From: Vibrio alginolyticus NBRC 15630 = ATCC 17749
GTDB lineage: Bacteria > Pseudomonadota > Gammaproteobacteria > Enterobacterales > Vibrionaceae
DNA length: 32,000 bases
Assembly (NCBI RefSeq): GCF_000354175.2
Contig: NC_022349.1
Span: 1,440,001-1,472,000, forward strand
Reading direction: 5' to 3'
The position numbers and the translations under genes were made by a program. Positions 1-8,819 of the stretch are shown here, in pieces. Each line of letters begins with the position of its first letter. Position 1 is the first letter of the stretch. Under the pieces are notes generated by a model, which worked only from the letters and a program-made list of their open reading frames with translations, did no database searches and was not told the DNA's origin.

Positions 1-219
1 TCACAAGGCATGCGTGTGCTGAATACTTACGTCCACACTGGTGATGATGGACATGACTATTTTGTTTGGCTTAGAGAGTTCGACAATGAACAAGCACGCC
101 AGGCTCTCTACGAAGAAACATACAACGAGTGGTGGGTTCGCGAGATTCGACCGAAGGTATTTGAGCTAATTGAACAAGACTCAATCAAAGTTACCTTACT
201 TGAATCGGTAGAGATGTAG
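1..219 (+). CDS. Small NIPSNAP/Dabb-like protein, 3' part; the reading frame is open to the left window edge
   Basis: The frame is open from base 1 (tca caa ggc atg...) and stops at 217-219. The sequence ...DYFVWLREFDNEQARQALYEETYNEWWVREIRPKV... resembles the C-terminal half of NIPSNAP / stress-responsive alpha-beta-barrel proteins. It is convergent with fliJ. The family assignment is from memory and was not searched. Confidence 0.4.
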   Translation, partial: SQGMRVLNTYVHTGDDGHDYFVWLREFDNEQARQALYEETYNEWWVREIRPKVFELIEQDSIKVTLLESVEM

Positions 220-259
220 TCAACTGCAACACCGTAATGCAATATCGAACCGATAACCT

Positions 260-703
260 TTAGAAACGATGTGGTTTTCGACTGTAAAGTAAGGTGGAAA
301 ACTCGTCCATTTGCTTTTGTTCGCGCTTAGCTTCAGCAAGTTGTTTCTCTTTTTCGCGTTTGTCTATCATCCACTCATAGGATTTGCGTTCTTTACGCAC
401 GGTTAACCAATATTCTTTACAGTTTTCAACCTGCTCTTTGAAATGACTTTCTGCTTGCTTTTGCTTAGATAAAGTCTCATCTAGCTGGGTAAGGAATCGA
501 TTTAGGTGTCCATATTGACTTGCCGTTAGGCCCGCCTGACCACGGTCGACGAGTTGCTGGCAATAATCAAGCCGATACTTTTCAATTTGTTCAACCTGAC
601 GGTAATAATCTTCGAGTTCAGAACGCGCTTTGTTCAGTGCAAGCACAGCTTGGTCTTCACGATCCTTCGTTTGCTCAAGTAGAAACTCCATCGCATTATT
701 CAT
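260..703 (-). CDS. fliJ: Flagellar export protein FliJ
   Basis: 147 aa, coiled-coil and rich in charged residues. It lies immediately downstream of fliI with a 6-nt gap, the canonical fliHIJ position. Confidence 0.85.
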   Translation of the reverse strand: MNNAMEFLLEQTKDREDQAVLALNKARSELEDYYRQVEQIEKYRLDYCQQLVDRGQAGLTASQYGHLNRFLTQLDETLSKQKQAESHFKEQVENCKEYWLTVRKERKSYEWMIDKREKEKQLAEAKREQKQMDEFSTLLYSRKPHRF

Positions 704-709
704 GCGCTA

Positions 710-2029
710 TCACCCACCCAAAATGTTTCTAAGCATATTGACGCACATATCGTATGGCACCGATTCTTTCATGCTCTGCTGCAAGTATTCGTCTAACTTC
801 GGTTTCAAAGTAAATGCGCCATCAATAGCAGGATCGGTACCCGGTTTGTACGCTCCAATCGAGACCAAATCTTGATTCTTGCGACAAATAGACAAGACCT
901 GTCGCACCGCTTTTGACATCAGAACGTGCTCTTCGGTCGTGATTTGCGGCATAACACGGCTCACCGACTTCTCGACATCAATCGCCGGATAATGGCCTGC
1001 ATCCGCCATTTCACGAGAAAGTACAATATGGCCATCAAGAATAGCTCGCGATGCATCCGCTATCGGATCTTGCAAATCATCCCCTTCGGTCAACACGGTA
1101 AAGAACGCCGTAATCGAGCCTTGCTCGGCACTTCCATTACCCGCTCGCTCAACCAGCGCTGGCAGCTTGGCAAATACAGAAGGCGGGTAACCTTTCGTCG
1201 CTGGCGGCTCACCAACAGAAAGTGCGATTTCACGCTGTGCTTGTGCAAAACGAGTCAACGAGTCCATCAATAGCAGAACATCTAACCCTTGGTCCCGGAA
1301 GTATTCAGCAATCGTTAATGCCGTTTGGCACCCCTTTAAGCGCATTAGAGGTGAAGCATCGGCAGGCGCCGCGACCACCACTGAGCGGCGACGACCATCC
1401 TCACCCAAGATCTCTTCGATGAACTCTTTAACTTCACGTCCACGCTCACCTATCAGGCCGACGACCACAACCTGTGCGGTGGTGCCTCGCGTCATCATGC
1501 CAAGCGTGACCGATTTACCCACACCAGAACCTGCAAACAGACCGATACGCTGACCTTTACCAACCGTCAACAAACCATTGATGGCTTTTAGGCCAACATC
1601 GAGCGGTTCAGAAATTGGTTTTCGAGCCAACGGGTTGATCGGCTCGGCATTAAAAGAGGCACGGTGATCGGTATACAAAGGGCCAAGTCCATCAAGTGGA
1701 TTCCCAACCCCGTCTATCACGCGCCCAAGTAACTCCATGCCGACAGGCAAACCAGCGTCACTGGTTAAAGGGGTGACTCTCGCGCCAGGTAAAATGCCCG
1801 TAATTTGTTCGCTTGGCATTAAAAATAGGTTGTCACCTGAAAAGCCGACAACCTCGGCTTCCATCTGACCTGACATGGTTTCCACTAAGCATAAACTGCC
1901 AATTGGTGAGCGACAGCCGGTCGCTTCCAACGTTAACCCAACCACACGCACCAGTTTGCCAGAGGCGACAGGGCGCGTCGTAAGGCCTTCAACTTTGTAG
2001 CTTTTTAAGCGGTCAGCGAGTGCTTGCAT
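710..2029 (-). CDS. fliI: Flagellum-specific ATPase FliI
   Basis: 439 aa with Walker A GSGVGKS, Walker B VLLLMDS and an F1-ATPase beta-like fold signature. It sits in the fliH-fliI-fliJ context. Confidence 0.97.
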   Translation of the reverse strand: MQALADRLKSYKVEGLTTRPVASGKLVRVVGLTLEATGCRSPIGSLCLVETMSGQMEAEVVGFSGDNLFLMPSEQITGILPGARVTPLTSDAGLPVGMELLGRVIDGVGNPLDGLGPLYTDHRASFNAEPINPLARKPISEPLDVGLKAINGLLTVGKGQRIGLFAGSGVGKSVTLGMMTRGTTAQVVVVGLIGERGREVKEFIEEILGEDGRRRSVVVAAPADASPLMRLKGCQTALTIAEYFRDQGLDVLLLMDSLTRFAQAQREIALSVGEPPATKGYPPSVFAKLPALVERAGNGSAEQGSITAFFTVLTEGDDLQDPIADASRAILDGHIVLSREMADAGHYPAIDVEKSVSRVMPQITTEEHVLMSKAVRQVLSICRKNQDLVSIGAYKPGTDPAIDGAFTLKPKLDEYLQQSMKESVPYDMCVNMLRNILGG

Positions 2030-2032
2030 GGA

Positions 2033-2833
2033 TTACTCACCCTCTTGATGACGGTTTGCGCCACAAAAGCTGTGCAATACGCTTTTGACGCGTTCTTCCA
2101 TGCGATAATTAATGCTTGATTCACCGGCTTCAATCTGGACGTCACCTCGATTGAGCGATGGTTCAGCAACTAACGTCCAGTTGCGACAATCAAGGTCTTC
2201 TTCACCATAAGCTGAACGAATAATCGCGACATCTTCTGGATTCAGGTGCAAGGTAATAGGGTGGCCTGATATTGGTAGCGCCTCGACCGACTGCTTCACT
2301 GTATCTAAAATAATTTGAGGGTTGGTTTGTACTTCAACGTGCACCACTTCTTTGACTAAGCAGAGCACCATATCCACCAGCTGCTTTTCAACCTGAGCAT
2401 TCATCAACTCCAAAGGTTGAGCAAACTGATTGGCCAAGTTCATAAAAGTTTCAACTTGCTGCTGAATGTATTCTTGCCCTGCAGTTACCCCTTCAGCTTT
2501 TCCGAGCTCGAGACCTTCAGCATGGCCGGCTTGCAACCCTTCTTCTTTACCTTTGTCGTAACCTTGCTTAAAGCCAGCTTCCTGACCTTGATGTAAGCCT
2601 TCTTGATAAGCACCTTGCTTAATCAGTTCAATTTGCTCTTCGGTTAGCGCAAGTGGCTGCTCTTCTTCAGGCTCATCAAAATTCGGCACCCATCCCGGGT
2701 CATAGTTGAACGCGGTTTGTTTTGCTTGTTTGGCTTTAGGCTCGCCATAATCAGGCAGCCCCCAACGTTGAGGTTCGATCATCGAATCATCTTCATCAGG
2801 ACGGATAAATCCACGTTTTCTATCGCCAGCCAT
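2033..2833 (-). CDS. fliH: Flagellar assembly protein FliH
   Basis: 266 aa with a G/E/Q/K-rich central repeat region (GLHQGQEAGFKQGYDKGKEEGLQAGHAEGLELGKAEG) typical of FliH. It ends 3 nt before the fliI start. Confidence 0.85.
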   Translation of the reverse strand: MAGDRKRGFIRPDEDDSMIEPQRWGLPDYGEPKAKQAKQTAFNYDPGWVPNFDEPEEEQPLALTEEQIELIKQGAYQEGLHQGQEAGFKQGYDKGKEEGLQAGHAEGLELGKAEGVTAGQEYIQQQVETFMNLANQFAQPLELMNAQVEKQLVDMVLCLVKEVVHVEVQTNPQIILDTVKQSVEALPISGHPITLHLNPEDVAIIRSAYGEEDLDCRNWTLVAEPSLNRGDVQIEAGESSINYRMEERVKSVLHSFCGANRHQEGE

Positions 2834-2904
2834 GGGTTACCTATTGTGTGTTCGATTAAGAAGTGAGGGTGCTCCGCAATAGGATAATTGCGAAGCAATA
2901 GAAA

Positions 2905-3960
2905 TTATAAGAATTCGTCAGCACCGCCAGACAACATGAGCTCACCAGCATCCGCCATTCGACGGGCAATTGCTAAGATTTCTTTCTGAGCGGCTTCTAC
3001 ATCTGCCACTCGTACTGGCGGCATCGCTTCTATATCATCACGCATCATATCAGCAGCACGTTTAGACATGTTCTTGAAGACTTTCTCACGTAACGAGTCA
3101 TCTGCACCTTTGAGTGCTTTTTGCAACACGTCTTGTGGTACGTCACGCAGCAACTTCTGAATACCTTGGTCGTCCACTTCGACTAAGTTTTCGAAGACAA
3201 ACATTAGGTCTTGGATTTGCGTCGCCATGTCTTCGTCCTGATCGCGAATTTGTTCCATTAACAAACCTTCGACGTTGTTGTCTAGGTAGTTCATGATCTC
3301 CGCTGCTGCTTTCAGGCCGCCAATTTTGGCTGCTTGTGCACCCGCTTGACCCGCGAACTGTTTCTCCATGATTTCGTTCAGCTCTGCCAATGCTGATGGC
3401 TGAACTTCTTCAAGGTTGGCAATACGCATCATCAGATCCAAACGCACGCGCTCAGGGAACTGAGACAAAATCTCTGCAGATTGGTCTGCTTCTAAATAAG
3501 ACAGTACGATAGTTTGAATCTGTGGGTGTTCATTGACGATAATGCTCGCCACTTGGCGTGGGTCCATCCATTTCAAAGAATCCAAGCCTTTTGAGCCCGT
3601 ACCAAGTAGGATCTGGTCAACTAAGTTGTTGGCTTTGTCTTCACCAAGAGCGGCAACCAGTGCATTACGCATAAAGTCTTCGCTGCCCATACCAATGTTG
3701 GTGTATTTCTGGATATCCTCCAAAAAAGCACGATGAACAGCAGATACCTTGTCTTGGCTGAGATCCTTCGCGCGAGCCATCGCACTACCAACACGCTGAA
3801 CCTGTTTTGGTTCTAGGTGACGGATAATGCCAGCTGCATCTTGTTCATTAAGGCTCAGTAGCAAAATTGCCGCTTTTTCTTCGCCAGTAATGGTTGAAAC
3901 ATCCAGCTCTACTGGCATTCCCGCGGCGTTGTCATCTTGAGGTACGATATCGTTAGCCAT
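2905..3960 (-). CDS. fliG: Flagellar motor switch protein FliG
   Basis: Typical FliG sequence (EDFMRNALV..., LSQFPERV, MFVFENL, C-terminal ARRMADAGE). The ORF track starts at 3966 (MTMAND). I prefer the ATG at 3960, which gives 351 aa and overlaps the fliF stop as ATGGCTAA. Confidence 0.95.
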   Translation of the reverse strand: MANDIVPQDDNAAGMPVELDVSTITGEEKAAILLLSLNEQDAAGIIRHLEPKQVQRVGSAMARAKDLSQDKVSAVHRAFLEDIQKYTNIGMGSEDFMRNALVAALGEDKANNLVDQILLGTGSKGLDSLKWMDPRQVASIIVNEHPQIQTIVLSYLEADQSAEILSQFPERVRLDLMMRIANLEEVQPSALAELNEIMEKQFAGQAGAQAAKIGGLKAAAEIMNYLDNNVEGLLMEQIRDQDEDMATQIQDLMFVFENLVEVDDQGIQKLLRDVPQDVLQKALKGADDSLREKVFKNMSKRAADMMRDDIEAMPPVRVADVEAAQKEILAIARRMADAGELMLSGGADEFL

Positions 3961-5695
3961 TGTCATTCATCCAGTTTTTCACTACTTGAGCAGCCAGTTC
4001 AGGTTCATTAGCAACCAGAGCACGAACCGCTTTCAATACATCTTCATCTTTATGAAGGTTTGGCAAATCAATACTTGAGCCAAACTCGAACAGTTCGCTG
4101 CTTTCGATGTCACTACCAATCAAGCTAGTTTCACCATCCGCACCAATCGGCAAGCCGTCTGGTCCGTACATTTCGTCTTCATCATCGCTGGTAGGGTTAA
4201 GCAATTTCTTCATTGCTGGGCGAACCAGAACCAACACAACCACAATAATCACTAATGCACTTGCGAACCAACGAACCCAATCACTGAAGTTAGGGTGCTC
4301 CCAAATTGGTGGTTCTTCTAGCTGCTCAGCCTCTGGCTCAGCAAACTTTACACTCAATACATTCAGCAAATCGCCACGGCCTTGATCAAAGCCAACGGTA
4401 CCAATTAATACTTGGCGAATGGCATTGATTTCAGATTCGGACATTGGGGTATAAGTCACTTCACCCGTATCAGGGTTAACTTGACGACGGTCTTTAATCG
4501 CAACAGAAACGGTCTGACGAGCCACCGTCCCGGTCTGCTTTCGCTCGTGGCTGATGGTAGTATCTAGCTCAAAGTTACGCGTGGACTCTTTACGAACTGA
4601 ACCCTGCCCCATGACAGAACCATCTTTCATTTGAGCCACATCTTGCGGAATTGAGGCATCCGCTGGAGGCTGATTACTCAACGCACCCGGAATACCCGCT
4701 ACCATGTTACCGTTATTGTAATCTTCGAGTGCGTACTCACTGCGGGTCGCAGGGGTGTTCGGATCAAAGCGTTTGCGAGTTTGTTCAACCGCACTGAAGT
4801 CCATTTGGATATCAACCTGCGCCGTATAGTTGCCATAACCTAAAATGGGTAATAGTACGGAATCAATTTTTTCGCGCAGCGCTTGTTCTTGGCTGCGTTC
4901 TAATTCTTGTTCTTTGCGTCGCGCCGCAGAAGCGGGATCTTGGGAGCCTGAGCTGAGTAAGCGGCCATGCTGATCTGTGACGGTAATTCGAGAAGTTTTC
5001 ATTCCCGGCACAGCACTAGCCACCATGTCGACAATAGAATCCACTTCTTGTTGCTTAAGGTTCGTGCCTGTCGACAATGTCAAAAATACCGACGCAGACG
5101 CTTCCTGGTTATGACGCACAAACACGCTGTGCTTTGGCAGTGCCAATAACACTCGTGCTTTGCGAACTTGCTTCATCTCTTCAATTGCTTGAGCTAATTG
5201 GCGCTCTCTACTGAGTTTGAGACGCTCTTGCTCGAGACGTTGTGAAACACCAAAACCCATGTCTTGCAGCAAAATATCATCGCCCGCTTCTGTAGCTTGG
5301 TTAACGCCGGAACGAACCATGCCAAGTTTGATCGAGTTGTACTCACTCGATTCAACAGAAACAGTATTGCCATCAAGCTTATAATTGATTTTCTGCTGGT
5401 CCAGATAATCCAGAACGGGGATCAATTCTTCGGTCTCATACGCACCAAGTGGGCGCATCTCCGGTTCTTTGACCCAAAAGAACAGCATCACGATCAATGC
5501 AACACAGATGGATATCGACAGCACAAGCACAACCTGACGAAGTAAATCGAGGTCGCCCACTGCCATATCGAATTTTGACGCACTGCGCTCCTCTAGATCT
5601 GGATTTTGACTCTCCACATCCACATCGGAACTTGCTACCAGTGCACCATCTGAGCCGCCTTCAGTGACGGTTAAATCTGTAGACTTGTCTGCCAC
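3953..5695 (-). CDS. fliF: Flagellar MS-ring protein FliF
   Basis: 580 aa with a GTG start (MADKSTD...). It has two transmembrane segments flanking a large periplasmic domain and an acidic C-terminal FliG-binding tail. It follows fliE. Confidence 0.95.
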   Translation of the reverse strand: MADKSTDLTVTEGGSDGALVASSDVDVESQNPDLEERSASKFDMAVGDLDLLRQVVLVLSISICVALIVMLFFWVKEPEMRPLGAYETEELIPVLDYLDQQKINYKLDGNTVSVESSEYNSIKLGMVRSGVNQATEAGDDILLQDMGFGVSQRLEQERLKLSRERQLAQAIEEMKQVRKARVLLALPKHSVFVRHNQEASASVFLTLSTGTNLKQQEVDSIVDMVASAVPGMKTSRITVTDQHGRLLSSGSQDPASAARRKEQELERSQEQALREKIDSVLLPILGYGNYTAQVDIQMDFSAVEQTRKRFDPNTPATRSEYALEDYNNGNMVAGIPGALSNQPPADASIPQDVAQMKDGSVMGQGSVRKESTRNFELDTTISHERKQTGTVARQTVSVAIKDRRQVNPDTGEVTYTPMSESEINAIRQVLIGTVGFDQGRGDLLNVLSVKFAEPEAEQLEEPPIWEHPNFSDWVRWFASALVIIVVVLVLVRPAMKKLLNPTSDDEDEMYGPDGLPIGADGETSLIGSDIESSELFEFGSSIDLPNLHKDEDVLKAVRALVANEPELAAQVVKNWMNDNG

Positions 5696-5709
5696 ACTTA
5701 TTACCTAAA

Positions 5710-6021
5710 TTACACTGGCATGTTCATGAGGTCTTTATATGCCTCAACGAGTTTATTGCGAATTTGAACCGTCGCATCAAAAGCGACACTAGACTTGTTA
5801 CGAGCGATCATAACGTCAGAAAGGGATACATCGGCATCACCACGATCAAAACGGGTTTGTAAATCACCAGATGCTTTTTGAAGTGTGTTCACGTTATTGA
5901 TGGCTTTAGTTAGGAGATCGTTAAAATCCGCTCCAACTTTCGCCCCACTTGCAGTAGGAGCCGTATTGGTTGCTTCTACCATCATGGCGCGCATTTCTGC
6001 CTGAATACCATCAATTTTCAT
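5710..6021 (-). CDS. fliE: Flagellar hook-basal body protein FliE
   Basis: The conserved FliE sequence begins at MKIDGIQAEMRAMM. The ATG at 6019-6021 is preceded by GAGGTG. The 27-codon upstream extension in the ORF track has no ribosome-binding site and would run over the promoter. Confidence 0.9.
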   Translation of the reverse strand: MKIDGIQAEMRAMMVEATNTAPTASGAKVGADFNDLLTKAINNVNTLQKASGDLQTRFDRGDADVSLSDVMIARNKSSVAFDATVQIRNKLVEAYKDLMNMPV

Positions 6022-6073
6022 TAGCACCTCTAAGCCAAAAGATTGACTATTAACAAAACTGATTATTGACACA

Positions 6074-6088
6074 GCAATTAACGTGCCA
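6074..6088 (-). promoter_or_regulatory. Sigma54 (-24/-12) promoter of fliEFGHIJ
   Basis: The minus strand reads TGGCACGTTAATTGC, an exact match to TGGCAC-N5-TTGC. It lies 53-67 nt upstream of the fliE ATG and just after the flrC stop. Confidence 0.78.
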
Positions 6089-6143
6089 TAAGACATTAGC
6101 AATCAATTTACTTACACTTTTCGTCTTATGGCCGTTGTCTGTG

Positions 6144-7553
6144 TTAATTCGGGATATCTATACCAGCATCACGCATTTTGGCAAGCTTATAGCGCAAGGT
6201 TCGAGGGCTTATACCCAGTTTCTCCGCCATTTCTTTGCGTCGACCATTACACTCAACCAAAGTCTCCAAAATAATGGCGTATTCTTGATCGCGCAGCTCG
6301 CTGCCTAAGCCTTCTCCACCAGTTACTGGGCGGCTGACACTCTCAGCTTGAGCAACTGGCTTAACATTGGGCACGACCATATCTGCATTTTGCACCACGT
6401 GTTGCAAGCTATTGGCATCTTGCCAATCTACGCCCTCGAGCAAAATGTGCTCTGCATCGATGTCGCCATTTTCACTTAATATCAGCGCTCGTTGAACCAC
6501 GTTATCCAATTCACGAACATTACCCGGCCAAGGGTATTGCAATAGTTTTTCTAACGCAACGGTCGAGAATTGAGGCACTGGCATGCCCATTTTGCTGCAA
6601 TGACGCTCAGCAAGATGCTTGGCAAGCGGTGCAATATCGCCTTTACGTTCTTTAAGTGCAGGCCACGCAATTGGGAATACATTCAGGCGGTAATATAAGT
6701 CCTCTCTGAAGTTTCCTTCTGACACGTATTGCTTAAGATCACGGTTACTCGTCGCTAACACACGAACATCTAACTTGATGCTTTTGCGACTGCCTAGGCG
6801 CTCTACTTCTCGCTCTTGCAAAACACGCAATAACTTCGCTTGCAGGTTCAAGTCCATCTCACTGATTTCATCAAGTAAGATTGTGCCACCTTGTGCTTGT
6901 TCGAACTTTCCTGGGCATGCCTGAACAGCACCAGTAAATGCGCCCTTTTCATAGCCAAACAGTGTTGCTTCGAGCATATTGTCAGGAATCGCGGCACAGT
7001 TAATTGCGACAAAAGGACCATTTTTACGATTCGACGCGTTGTGAATATAGCGCGACATCACTTCTTTTCCTGAGCCACTCGGACCTAGCACCATAACATT
7101 CGCATCTGTACGCGCCACTTTATCGGCCAACGCGAGTAAGCGCAGACTTTTCTCATCAGCAACGATAGCATCACCGTTGTCATCACTTTTTATCGGTGCA
7201 TAACGACTGACCATATTTAGCAACACTTCTGGTGCAAATGGTTTCGCCATGTAGTCAATCGCGCCATCTTTCATTGCCGACACGGCATCTTCAATATTGG
7301 CGTACGCCGTCATTAGCAATACTGGTAAGTTAGGCCAATTCTGCTTGATGCTTTTGAGCAGAGCTAAGCCACCCATACCCGCCATTTGCACATCAGAAAC
7401 GACGATATCAACCGTATTCGATTTCAGCTTCAACAGTGCATCTTCAGCACAGTCCGCTTCCAACCATTCATACCCTGCCAGAGCCAGAGTATCGACTAGG
7501 GCTTCACGAAGACCTTCATCGTCTTCTACGATCAGCACTTTGCTTTGCGCCAT
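6144..7553 (-). CDS. flrC: Sigma54-dependent flagellar response regulator FlrC (FleR/FlaM)
   Basis: 469 aa with a REC domain (DIVVSDVQMAGMGG phospho-acceptor Asp), an AAA+ sigma54-activator core (GPSGSGKE, GAFTGA) and a C-terminal Fis-type HTH. It is downstream of flrB. Confidence 0.92.
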   Translation of the reverse strand: MAQSKVLIVEDDEGLREALVDTLALAGYEWLEADCAEDALLKLKSNTVDIVVSDVQMAGMGGLALLKSIKQNWPNLPVLLMTAYANIEDAVSAMKDGAIDYMAKPFAPEVLLNMVSRYAPIKSDDNGDAIVADEKSLRLLALADKVARTDANVMVLGPSGSGKEVMSRYIHNASNRKNGPFVAINCAAIPDNMLEATLFGYEKGAFTGAVQACPGKFEQAQGGTILLDEISEMDLNLQAKLLRVLQEREVERLGSRKSIKLDVRVLATSNRDLKQYVSEGNFREDLYYRLNVFPIAWPALKERKGDIAPLAKHLAERHCSKMGMPVPQFSTVALEKLLQYPWPGNVRELDNVVQRALILSENGDIDAEHILLEGVDWQDANSLQHVVQNADMVVPNVKPVAQAESVSRPVTGGEGLGSELRDQEYAIILETLVECNGRRKEMAEKLGISPRTLRYKLAKMRDAGIDIPN

Positions 7554-7589
7554 TATGATTCTCCAGAAATTGTTATTACCAAAAGCCGC

Positions 7590-8621
7590 TTATTGCGCTT
7601 CTGTTTGCACTCGCTCTAGCGGAATGCACATGGTGAAGCAGGCTCCATCACCCTGCTCTGAAATAAGTTCCAATCGACCGTCATGGGCACGGCAAACCAT
7701 TTGAACAACTGCCAACCCTAATCCAGTTCCTTGAGAACGTGTGGTAAAAAATGGCTCCATGATTTTGGCTTGCAGTTCTTCGGGCACTCCCGGTCCGCTG
7801 TCTTGCACAGAAATGCGTAACTCACCATTTACCGGGCGGAAAAAAATATCGACTTGCGATTCTTTACCAGACATTTGAATCGCATTCATGACCAGATTAC
7901 TTAATGCGGATGCAATGGCGTTCGCATTGCCTAGTAGCTCAGTTTGTTCTTCTTCCACTTCTAGGCAGTAATCAATACTGTTGTTTTTTAGCGCGGTTTC
8001 GACCATCGGCTGGTATTCCGCTACCAACTGGGCAATCGTGAATGGCTTAATGACTTTATTATCACCACCTTTAGCAAAAAGCAGCATATCATTAACCTGC
8101 TTTTCCAAATCGTGCAGTCGATCCATTAATTTGGTTTGGAAGCGATCTTTTGTCGCTGGAGGAAGATTTGGCGCTCCCAAATTGGATGCATATAACATAG
8201 CGCTCGACAGCGGCGTTCTTACTTGGTGAGCAAGCGATGCAACCATACGTCCTAACGACGATAAGCGCTGTAAATCACTGACACGAGCTTGAAGTAAACG
8301 GGTTTCGGTTAAATCGGTAATCAGGATCAATTGACCTGTTGTGGACGCCGAGATGGCGAGTCGAACTTTACGGCCATTACGTAATGAAACTTCGTGGCCA
8401 TCATCTTCACGTGGGTCAAACACCGCCTGGATAACGTTGAACCATTTTTCGTTAACCAGTGGAATCTCAAGAATTCGGTGCGCTTCTGGATTTGCTTCAC
8501 GCACTACTCCGTACGTATCGAGCAAAATCACTCCAGCAGGCATCACATCGAGCACCTGTTTGTAGCGCTCAACCTGATTCTCTACGGAATCTAAATGGGA
8601 TTGATTGGTGTTGTTATCCAT
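7590..8621 (-). CDS. flrB: Flagellar sensor histidine kinase FlrB (FleS/FlaL)
   Basis: 343 aa and cytoplasmic, with no transmembrane segment. It has a PAS-like N-terminus, the H-box SLAHQVRTPLSS, and the HATPase N and G boxes (NLVMNAIQ, DSGPGV, GTGLGL). Confidence 0.9.
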   Translation of the reverse strand: MDNNTNQSHLDSVENQVERYKQVLDVMPAGVILLDTYGVVREANPEAHRILEIPLVNEKWFNVIQAVFDPREDDGHEVSLRNGRKVRLAISASTTGQLILITDLTETRLLQARVSDLQRLSSLGRMVASLAHQVRTPLSSAMLYASNLGAPNLPPATKDRFQTKLMDRLHDLEKQVNDMLLFAKGGDNKVIKPFTIAQLVAEYQPMVETALKNNSIDYCLEVEEEQTELLGNANAIASALSNLVMNAIQMSGKESQVDIFFRPVNGELRISVQDSGPGVPEELQAKIMEPFFTTRSQGTGLGLAVVQMVCRAHDGRLELISEQGDGACFTMCIPLERVQTEAQ

Positions 8622-8652
8622 TACTGCCTGTCGAAATATCGCCGCTAAAACT

Positions 8653-8691
8653 AAAATAGCTTGGTAAGCAATTAGCGTACCAAGCTATTTT
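8653..8691 (-). terminator. Hairpin downstream of flrA, probably a rho-independent terminator
   Basis: Perfect 14-bp inverted repeat AAAATAGCTTGGTA-N11-TACCAAGCTATTTT. In the minus-strand transcript it is followed by AGTTTTAG. It lies about 130 nt after the flrA stop. Confidence 0.55.
8668..8682 (-). promoter_or_regulatory. Sigma54-type promoter of flrBC
   Basis: The minus strand reads TGGTACGCTAATTGC, one mismatch from TGGCAC-N5-TTGC and 13/15 identical to the fliE promoter. It lies 47-61 nt upstream of the flrB ATG. Confidence 0.65.
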
Positions 8692-8819
8692 CTATATTTA
8701 TCAGGACGTTAAGCTATCGACAATAAGTTGACACTCAGAGATAACGGTTTTGGATGCAAGAAAACGATGTTAACCAGCCCAAGTGATTATTCAGATATCG
8801 TCTTAAAACTTCACTTTAC

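Noticed and set aside
520-1422. Plus-strand ORFs of 66-115 aa (520-732, 630-875, 926-1273, 1222-1422) overlapping fliJ and fliI
   Set aside because: They are antisense to strongly supported flagellar genes. Their composition is low-complexity or Arg/Ser/Leu-biased, they have no ribosome-binding sites, and they are typical shadow ORFs.
3114-5545. Short ORFs on either strand inside fliG and fliF (3114-3296, 3533-3736, 4107-4385, 4967-5149, 5194-5376, 5264-5545)
   Set aside because: They lie entirely inside well-supported CDSs in other frames or on the other strand, and show no independent coding signal.
6022-6102. 27-codon N-terminal extension of fliE in the ORF track (MLMSYGTLIAVSIISFV...)
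   Set aside because: The conserved FliE sequence starts at MKIDGIQ, which has its own GAGGTG ribosome-binding site. The extension would also cover the sigma54 promoter region.
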